Below are positions 57,261 through 64,000 of a DNA stretch of 64,000 bases, piece by piece (within the stretch, counting starts at the first letter, position 1; each line of letters begins with the position of its first letter). A program made the translations under genes and the position numbers. The notes under the pieces are model-generated. The model was not told where the DNA came from. It made no database searches and saw nothing but the letters and a program-made list of their open reading frames with translations. Source of the stretch: Polyangiaceae bacterium (GTDB lineage: Bacteria > Myxococcota_A > Polyangia > Polyangiales > Polyangiaceae); NCBI GenBank assembly GCA_965222375.1, contig CBDCTZ010000016.1, positions 2,944,001 through 3,008,000 of the forward strand. The letters run 5' to 3'.

Positions 57261-59218
57261 GCGGCTTCCCCTTCGGCTGGTGGGATCTGACTGTCCCGAA
57301 GCGGAAGACGAATCACAAACGTCGTACCCGCTTGAGTACTAGGGTCGATTTCGATTGTGCCGCCGTGCTTGTCGACGACCACGGACCTGGCGATCGCGAG
57401 GCCCTGACCCGTTCCTTTGCCGACCTGCTTGGTCGTGAAGAACGGATCGAAGATCCGGTCACGCACTTCCTCGGGGATGCCGCTACCCGTGTCGGATATT
57501 CGGAGCTCCGCCCAATCTCCGTTCTGTTTGGCGGACAGTCGGATTGTGCCCTTGCCCTCGTTTCCGCCGTCGGTGACGTCGGAGATGGCGTGGGCGGCAT
57601 TGACGATGATGTTGAGCACGACCTGATTCAATTCGTCTCGAAGGCACGGAACCGGCGGCAAGTCGGGATCGAACTCCGTGTCCATCTCGGCCACGTACTT
57701 CCACTCGTTGCGCGCGACCGTGATAGTTGTTTCGACGGCTTTGCGCAGGTCGACAGCCTGCTTCGCCCCCTGGCTCGGATGGGAGAATTCCTTCATTGCC
57801 GAGACGATTCCCGCGACTCGCTGCAGCCCTTCCAGAGACTGGTTCACGGCTCGGGGGATCTGCTTCATCAAGAAGTTGATCTTGGCCTTCTTGAGTGCCT
57901 TCTCGGCACGCTTGATGGCGTCGGGGCAGGCGTCCGCCTCTTTGGCTTCTTCCAGCAGAAGCTCGAACGCCTCTAGCGCAATGACCAGGCCGCTGAACGC
58001 TCGCTGTAGGAATACCGTGTTGTCGCTCACGAATTGCACCGGCGTGTTGATCTCGTGGGCGATACCCGCTGCCAGCCGACCGATCGCTTCGAGCTTCTGA
58101 CTCTGCCGAGCGCGGTTTTCCAGCGCAACCTGCTCCGTGATGTCCTTCTTGACCGCGACGAAGTTTGCGATGACACCGCGTTCGTTGACGACCGGAGAGA
58201 TGGTAGCCTCTTCGATCAGGGTGGCACCGTCCTTCTTCTTGTTGCTCAAGCGGCCCGACCAGACCTTGCCGCTGCGAATGGTCTCCCAGAGGTTCGAGTA
58301 AAACTCATCGGATTGGATCCCGCTCTTGAGGACGCGTGTATGCTGACCGATCGCCTCTGACTGTGAGTAGCCCGTGGCCGTCTCGAAGGCAGGGTTGACG
58401 TACTGAATGACGCCCGCGGCATTGGTAATGACGATGCTCTCGTGCACTTGTTCGACAGCCGTGGACAGCCGCTTGTGCCGGTGCTGTGCGGTGATGTCGC
58501 GAACTACCAACACCGAGCCCAAGTACCTGCCCATCGCGTCATGGGCCGGGGAGAGGCGAATCGAAAGTTGTGCGCCGCGGTGCGAGACTTCGCCAGAGTA
58601 GCGGCGTTCCCTGGTATTTGTCGCCTGAAGGGCAGGTGCCAGGCGGGCGTGCAGCTTGCCCGCGAGCACCTCCAGCAACTTCTGACCATCTGCGGCGTCG
58701 TCGAGCTTGCGTATTCCGTGACGAGTGACGGCGTGAACCAACTCCACGAACTGCGAGTTGTGTTCGACGATGACTCCATCGCGATCGCAAAACGCGATGC
58801 CGTCGGAAGAGTCTCGAATCACTGCACTCCACTGGCGTTGTCGCTCCAGCGCTCGCTCGAGAGGAGTGCCGTCGATGCGCTCCGCGCGGACAGTCCAGGA
58901 CGCATTTTCTTGTTGCCAGATGTGGAGGCGAGCGTGGTGGTTCGCTCCCGCTACTCGCAGAGTGAGCAGGATCTCGTTCGGCTCATGTGAGGCGCGAATG
59001 ATCGCCTGCAAGTACTCGCAGCGACCCGCGTGATTGCGTTGGTGAATCAAGTCGTCAAAAATCAGGCCCAAGACGTCGCCCGGAGAGCATGAAAAGGCGT
59101 CGCAGAAGCCATCGTTGACGTGGACGATTTCTCTGTGTTTGTTCAAGTCCAGTGCTCCACAGGGCACACGTGCTGCAACTGGCGCTTGCTCGTCTTGAGC
59201 TCGGGCTTCAGCCTGCAT
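57257..59218 (-). CDS. Cytoplasmic multi-PAS sensor histidine kinase
   Basis: PAS segments ([12 protein letters not shown]), H-box AHEINTP, N-box [30 protein letters not shown]; no TM helix. Confidence 0.95.
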   Translation of the reverse strand: MQAEARAQDEQAPVAARVPCGALDLNKHREIVHVNDGFCDAFSCSPGDVLGLIFDDLIHQRNHAGRCEYLQAIIRASHEPNEILLTLRVAGANHHARLHIWQQENASWTVRAERIDGTPLERALERQRQWSAVIRDSSDGIAFCDRDGVIVEHNSQFVELVHAVTRHGIRKLDDAADGQKLLEVLAGKLHARLAPALQATNTRERRYSGEVSHRGAQLSIRLSPAHDAMGRYLGSVLVVRDITAQHRHKRLSTAVEQVHESIVITNAAGVIQYVNPAFETATGYSQSEAIGQHTRVLKSGIQSDEFYSNLWETIRSGKVWSGRLSNKKKDGATLIEEATISPVVNERGVIANFVAVKKDITEQVALENRARQSQKLEAIGRLAAGIAHEINTPVQFVSDNTVFLQRAFSGLVIALEAFELLLEEAKEADACPDAIKRAEKALKKAKINFLMKQIPRAVNQSLEGLQRVAGIVSAMKEFSHPSQGAKQAVDLRKAVETTITVARNEWKYVAEMDTEFDPDLPPVPCLRDELNQVVLNIIVNAAHAISDVTDGGNEGKGTIRLSAKQNGDWAELRISDTGSGIPEEVRDRIFDPFFTTKQVGKGTGQGLAIARSVVVDKHGGTIEIDPSTQAGTTFVIRLPLRDSQIPPAEGEAA

Positions 59219-59504
59219 TCGAGACTTTCCTTTCGAAGCCGAGGATGGCGTGGAGGCGCCCCAACGCCTCTGGGCGCCACCCGCGCTTTTGGATTACGGT
59301 TGTTGGGTTGCCGACCGAGGTTGCGCGCAGCCGGAGCTGCTTGCCGTCTATCTCCCGGGTCGGGAGCACGCGTCCTCGACGCACCGGACCGAAGGTAGCG
59401 GCCAGCTCCACCCACACCCGGTCCACACTCTCGCTGGGCAGGTAGTAGTTGTAGGTCTCTGCGTGGCGGCAGCCATGGTCACGTACCCGAAAGGGAGTGG
59501 TCAT
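59208..59504 (-). CDS. Small hypothetical protein (98 aa) coupled between the V4R and kinase genes
   Basis: ATG overlaps the V4R stop (ATGA at 59501-59504), its stop overlaps the kinase start, and it fills the gap exactly (MTTPFRVRDHGCRHAETYNYY...). Confidence 0.65.
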   Translation of the reverse strand: MTTPFRVRDHGCRHAETYNYYLPSESVDRVWVELAATFGPVRRGRVLPTREIDGKQLRLRATSVGNPTTVIQKRGWRPEALGRLHAILGFERKVSNAG

Positions 59505-60688
59505 GAGTTTGCCTCCACTACGAAGCGGCAGGCGTCGGCGCCGCTGCAAACACAGGTCGTCTCCGCGGACGCGAACTGACCGTAGCGATCGCTGATATTT
59601 CCCTCGCCGTAAACGAGTTCCATGATGCCCGCCGCAACGCCTCGGAACATCCAGCACGAAGGGTGCGCTGCCTGAGGCCGCAGGGCGAGGTAGCCCGCAG
59701 CCTCGTAGCCGTTTCGCGAGATGAGGCTCAGGCTTTGACCCGGTGCGTATTCGGTCACATCCCAGCGACCCCAGCCCAAAGCGTTCGAGACGGCGATGAT
59801 TCCAAAGAGGGTGTCGTCGTGCACCTTGAGCATCGGACCGACGAGCTCATCCCATTCCGGTGACGAAATAATACCCCGGAAGGTGTTCATGCCGCACACC
59901 TCGGCGACTTGGACCAGTTGGGCAGCTGCCGCGCCACCGAGGTAGCGCGCTTCCAGGGCTTCCACGAAGCGGATGCTGAGCAGATTGTAGAAGTCCGCTG
60001 GCGTATTTGCGAGGTAGACACCGAATGCGGGCGTTAGCCCATCTTCATTCCCCGTGAAGGGTGCCGCCGCTAGCGTCTTGATGATTTTGTCGGCGTCGAT
60101 GTTTGGGGACGTGACGAAGTCGCCTCGGGTTGCTAACTTGGGCGCGACTTCCCTCCGCTCGAGGCGCTCTGGCTCAGCCCGAGCTGATGTTCGGTCGACT
60201 ATGAAACGGCACTCACTGGCGCCACTCAGAGTACACACCTGCTCGTGTACCGACACGGCATCCCCAGTCGCAGCGAGGTGTGCCGCCTGAATGTAGCCCG
60301 CGGCGAGGTGGCAAATTGGCTCCCGAACTTTCGGAAAGGCTGCCGCATAGCCCTCGACAAAGTGGGATGTGTCGGCGGTAACCACTCCTTGGTCGATTCT
60401 CGAGAAGTCCAGGCGCCCGTAGCCCAGATACGAGTACAACTTTGCAGCGACCTTCCACTTATCCGCTGGATCATCCCCAGCGCCAAAGGCCCTGGCAAGC
60501 TGTTTCGCGAAAACGCTTTCTGCGACCTGCACGACCATTGCTGTACCGGCCTCGCCGAGCCCAGCGCAAACGGTCTCTTGCAGCCTGGCGTTGTAGTGGT
60601 GGCAATGGATCACCATGTTGGCGCCCATGACCGAGCGAGTGCTGCTGCGAGCGTAGTAGCTCGGTGTGAGGAGAGATTCGTTTTCCAT
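59501..60688 (-). CDS. Tandem V4R (4-vinyl reductase-like) domain protein
   Basis: Two repeats of GYG/GWG...C-x4-G...E-x2-C-x3-G-x3-CRF; N-terminal HCHHYN motif. Confidence 0.8.
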   Translation of the reverse strand: MENESLLTPSYYARSSTRSVMGANMVIHCHHYNARLQETVCAGLGEAGTAMVVQVAESVFAKQLARAFGAGDDPADKWKVAAKLYSYLGYGRLDFSRIDQGVVTADTSHFVEGYAAAFPKVREPICHLAAGYIQAAHLAATGDAVSVHEQVCTLSGASECRFIVDRTSARAEPERLERREVAPKLATRGDFVTSPNIDADKIIKTLAAAPFTGNEDGLTPAFGVYLANTPADFYNLLSIRFVEALEARYLGGAAAAQLVQVAEVCGMNTFRGIISSPEWDELVGPMLKVHDDTLFGIIAVSNALGWGRWDVTEYAPGQSLSLISRNGYEAAGYLALRPQAAHPSCWMFRGVAAGIMELVYGEGNISDRYGQFASAETTCVCSGADACRFVVEANS

Positions 60689-60696
60689 CGCGTTCG

Positions 60697-61926
60697 TCAC
60701 GGCTGCACCTGAAAAACATGGGTGCGCCGACGCACCGGAACCCCGGAACGGAGCTGTCGGACGCCAGCGCGTAGGTGATCGATCGCGTTGTCCAGCTCGG
60801 TGCGCGAGGTGCTGCGCCCCATTGAGATGCGAATCGCAGACAGACACAATCGCGGTGGAATGCTCAGCGCGGTGAGTACATGACTGGGCTGGCTTCGCAT
60901 CGCGCTGCACGCCGAACTCGTGGAGACAGCGACCCGGTCCACCAACCCAACGAGGGCGTCGGCCTCCACGTCGTCGAAGGCCACGCACAGCAGGCCCGGT
61001 ATCACACCCAACTTGGGCGTCAGCACGTGGGTCCCCGGGATGGCCTGTGAAAGCCGAGTACGCAGATGCCGAGTCAGTTCGGCCAGCTCCTCTGCCGCTT
61101 TTGGCTGCTCGGCGGATGCCAACTCACACGCTACGCCCAACCCAACGATTCCCGGGGTATCAGCTGCACCGGGGCGCAAGCCGTTCTGCTGCCCGCCGCC
61201 GTACATCAGCGGCGAGAGCACCTCCGGATCCCGGATGTAGAGGGCGCCGGTTCCCGGTGGCCCATACAACTTGTGCCCGGAAAGGGAAAGCAGGTCGATG
61301 CGACATCTCTCCACGTCGATGGGCACCTTGCCCACGGCTTGGGTCGCGTCGCAGTGGAGCAGGACCCCCTTGCTTCGTGTGACTTCCGCGACAGCTTCGA
61401 TCTCGTGTAGCGTACCGATCTCGTTGTTGGCCCACATCAGAGAGATCAGGGTGGTGTCCTCGGTGATGGCGTTCTGAACCTCCGCGGCCGAGACCCTCCC
61501 GTATCGGTTCACAGGCAAATAGGTCACCTTCCAGCGACCGCTTCGCTCCAGGGCGCGGCAAGGTCCGAGAACCGAATCGTGCTCGGTGACACAGGTGACG
61601 ATGTGGCCCTTGGCGCCTTCCGGCGCGCGGAGGCCCAGGAGCGCCAGGTTGTTGCTCTCGGTGGCCCCGCTCGTAAAAACCACGCGCTGAGGTGTTGCGC
61701 CGATGCAGGCGGCAACCCGGCGGCGAGCCGCGTCGATAGCGTCGCTCGCGGCGCGTCCGTGCTGGTGGTGCCTGTTGTGGGGGTTGCCCCAATAGTCGTG
61801 CTGCGCCGCCTGGACGGCTCGCTGCACGGCTGGCGCCACCGGAGCCCTGGCGGCGAAATCGAGGTAGATCTCGTCTCGGGATCCCCGCGGGGGATCAGAT
61901 TCCCGGCGTACTGGCCAGCTCAGCAA
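60697..61926 (-). CDS. Second cysteine desulfurase (IscS/NifS group I-like)
   Basis: [38 protein letters not shown] (PLP Lys), STSSAC (catalytic Cys). Probable TTG start after GGGAGG. Confidence 0.9.
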   Translation of the reverse strand: MLSWPVRRESDPPRGSRDEIYLDFAARAPVAPAVQRAVQAAQHDYWGNPHNRHHQHGRAASDAIDAARRRVAACIGATPQRVVFTSGATESNNLALLGLRAPEGAKGHIVTCVTEHDSVLGPCRALERSGRWKVTYLPVNRYGRVSAAEVQNAITEDTTLISLMWANNEIGTLHEIEAVAEVTRSKGVLLHCDATQAVGKVPIDVERCRIDLLSLSGHKLYGPPGTGALYIRDPEVLSPLMYGGGQQNGLRPGAADTPGIVGLGVACELASAEQPKAAEELAELTRHLRTRLSQAIPGTHVLTPKLGVIPGLLCVAFDDVEADALVGLVDRVAVSTSSACSAMRSQPSHVLTALSIPPRLCLSAIRISMGRSTSRTELDNAIDHLRAGVRQLRSGVPVRRRTHVFQVQP

Positions 61927-62143
61927 AGTTTCAGCCCTCCCGAGCGCAATTCCCTTTTCGCGCTCTTTATGGATCAACGGCGCCCTTCGCTGCAGCTTGA
62001 GGGTTCTTAGATGAGGCACGGCCGAGGCGAGAGCCGTGGATCTGAGCTCACCCTGGCTTTCGTTATAACGCGGCGCGGCATACGCAATCGCGGGTCTTTT
62101 CCGTTGACGGTGGTCGGGTTGGCGACTAAAAAACTTCCGCAAC

Positions 62144-62174
62144 GTCACCCTTACCCATACGTAAGGGTTATACT
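62144..62174 (+). promoter_or_regulatory. MerR-type promoter/operator
   Basis: GTCACC-19 bp-TATACT with the dyad ACCCTTAC-N6-GTAAGGGT (62147-62168) lying between the boxes. Confidence 0.8.
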
Positions 62175-62181
62175 TTTGGAA

Positions 62182-62712
62182 GTGACCACGAAACGCCAAC
62201 TCGAGTTGCTGCCGGAAGGCGGATCCCAGGTGTCGGAGCCGGGGGAGGAGCTGATGCTCGTAGGTGAGCTGGCCAAGGCAGCCGGCAAGACCGTGCGGGC
62301 CATCCACCTGTACGAGAACCTCGGCCTGCTCAAGCCGCAAGACCGATCCAAGGGCCGCTACCGGTTGTTCGGCCCCGACGCTCTGCTTCGTGCGCGGTGG
62401 ATCGTCAAACTGCAGAGCCTCGGACTATCCCTTTCAGATATTCAAGAAGTAGTCCGTGGGCAGACGGGAGCAGATTCCGCGTTGTTCGCAGCGGCCCGGT
62501 TGCGCGAAGTCTACGTCCGAAAGCTCCAGGAGACCCGGGACAAGCTTGCGGAGCTCCAGGCTCTGGAACGGGAGCTGGAGCAGAGTCTGAACTACCTCGG
62601 GGATTGCGACTCGCATTGCGAGCCCGCAGTTCCCACTGCTGGTTGCTCGAGTTGCGACCGTCATGAAAGCAACGCTGCGCCTGAGCTTATCGCGGGCGCC
62701 CAAGCTCACTGA
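62182..62712 (+). CDS. MerR family regulator with C-terminal four-Cys motif
   Basis: [24 protein letters not shown]...RSKGRYRLF...LGLSLSDI; tail CDSHC-x8-CSSC. Confidence 0.92.
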   Translation: MTTKRQLELLPEGGSQVSEPGEELMLVGELAKAAGKTVRAIHLYENLGLLKPQDRSKGRYRLFGPDALLRARWIVKLQSLGLSLSDIQEVVRGQTGADSALFAAARLREVYVRKLQETRDKLAELQALERELEQSLNYLGDCDSHCEPAVPTAGCSSCDRHESNAAPELIAGAQAH

Positions 62713-62720
62713 GACACCCT

Positions 62721-63941
62721 ATGTCCCTCAAGCTCCCGATCTACATGGACTATCACGCTACGACCCCGGTGGACCCGCGGGTTGTCGAGGCCATGTTGCC
62801 CCATTTCACGACGCAATTCGGCAACGCGGCAAGTCGCACCCACCGCTTTGGCTGGGAGGCCGAGGCCGTCGTCGAAGACTCCCGAGAAACCATTGGGGAT
62901 TTGATCGGTGCAGACGCGAAAGAGATCGTCTTCACGTCTGGCGCGACGGAAAGCGACAACCTCGCGATCAAAGGTGTCGCGGAGTACTACGAGCGCCGGG
63001 GCAAGCACATCGTCACCACGCAGATCGAACACAAGGCGGTGTTGGATTCCTGCAAGCGCTTGGAGAAGCAGGGCTACGAGGTGACGTACGTGCCGGCGGG
63101 CACCGACGGCATCGTCGACCCTGACGACATCAAGAACGCTCTGACCGACAAGACCGTGCTGGTGAGCGTCATGCTTGCCAACAACGAGGTCGGAACGATC
63201 CAGCCCATTGCTGAAATCGGCAAGATCACGCGAGAGCGCGGCGTGTTGCTGCATTGCGACGCTGTTCAGGGCATTGGCAAGACGCCCTTCGACGTGAAAG
63301 CCATGAACGTGGACTTGGCGTCCATCACCGCGCACAAGATCTACGGGCCGAAGGGGGTGGGCGCGCTCTACGTGCGGCGCAGCAAGCCGCGCGTGCGACT
63401 CGTGGCTCAGATAGATGGTGGCGGGCATGAGCGCGGGATGCGCTCGGGAACCCTGAACGTCCCGGGCGTCGTCGGCTTGGCCAAGGCCTGCGAGATCATG
63501 AAGAGAGAAGGCGCTCAGGATGCCGAGCGCATCGGCAAGTTGCGTGACTCTCTGCACCGGCAGCTGTTGAAGGAGCTCGATGAAGCCATATTGAATGGCC
63601 ACCCTGACAATCGCCTATGTGGCAACCTGAACGTTTCCTTTGCCTTCGTCGAGGGTGAGGGGTTGATGATGGCTATCAAGGACGTGGCCGTCTCGAGCGG
63701 CAGCGCCTGTACCAGTGCGAGCCTGGAGCCGAGCTACGTGTTGCGCAGCATGGGGCTCGACGAGGACTTGGCGCATTCGTCGATTCGATTTGGTCTGGGT
63801 CGTTTCAATACCCAGGAAGAGGTTGATTACGTGGCCGACTTGGTGACAGCCAAGGTCAAGAAGCTCCGCGACATGTCGCCCTTGTACGAGATGCACAAGG
63901 AAGGCGTGGACTTGAAGAGCATCGAGTGGGCCGCCCACTGA
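62721..63941 (+). CDS. iscS: Cysteine desulfurase IscS
   Basis: [50 protein letters not shown]-terminal IEWAAH. Confidence 0.97.
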   Translation: MSLKLPIYMDYHATTPVDPRVVEAMLPHFTTQFGNAASRTHRFGWEAEAVVEDSRETIGDLIGADAKEIVFTSGATESDNLAIKGVAEYYERRGKHIVTTQIEHKAVLDSCKRLEKQGYEVTYVPAGTDGIVDPDDIKNALTDKTVLVSVMLANNEVGTIQPIAEIGKITRERGVLLHCDAVQGIGKTPFDVKAMNVDLASITAHKIYGPKGVGALYVRRSKPRVRLVAQIDGGGHERGMRSGTLNVPGVVGLAKACEIMKREGAQDAERIGKLRDSLHRQLLKELDEAILNGHPDNRLCGNLNVSFAFVEGEGLMMAIKDVAVSSGSACTSASLEPSYVLRSMGLDEDLAHSSIRFGLGRFNTQEEVDYVADLVTAKVKKLRDMSPLYEMHKEGVDLKSIEWAAH

Positions 63942-63957
63942 AATACGAGGAACGACC

Positions 63958-64000
63958 ATGGCGTATAGCGACAAAGTCATCGAGCACTACGAAAACCCAA
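63958..64000 (+). CDS. iscU: Fe-S scaffold IscU (5' end only)
   Basis: MAYSDKVIEHYENP directly after iscS, with an RBS. Confidence 0.9.
   Translation, partial: MAYSDKVIEHYENP

Overview
GC-rich, gene-dense chromosomal window, most likely from a myxobacterium (Polyangiales-like; inferred from a MYXO-CTERM-type tail, Gly-rich lipoproteins and a TPR/winged-helix regulator). Left to right it contains: a TPR regulator; a 36/39-bp tandem array; a flotillin/NfeD operon with a sigma54 promoter and divergent enhancer-binding protein; a GMC oxidoreductase pair; an ArsR-SRPBCC operon; a Lon-like ATPase joined abruptly to a beta-helix protein; a BlaI/M56-led CzcCBA-type efflux operon; pirin, LRR, SelN-like and trypsin genes; an amidase/ATP-grasp/Rieske/His-rich membrane protein run; a 16-kb ACAD + type I PKS/FAS + single-chain acyl-CoA carboxylase operon; a Rieske-TPP fusion; pseudogene scars next to tRNA-fMet, whose 3' end is duplicated; an IscS-like/V4R/histidine kinase/two-response-regulator operon; and a MerR-iscS-iscU start. 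The best candidate for an undescribed system is the synthase operon: KS-AT-KS-ACPx4-KR-DH with no ER or TE, and Thr instead of the phosphopantetheine Ser in all four ACPs. The second candidate is the desulfurase-V4R signalling operon. Three single-base frameshifts suggest residual sequencing indels. All calls come from reading motifs by eye; no searches were run.
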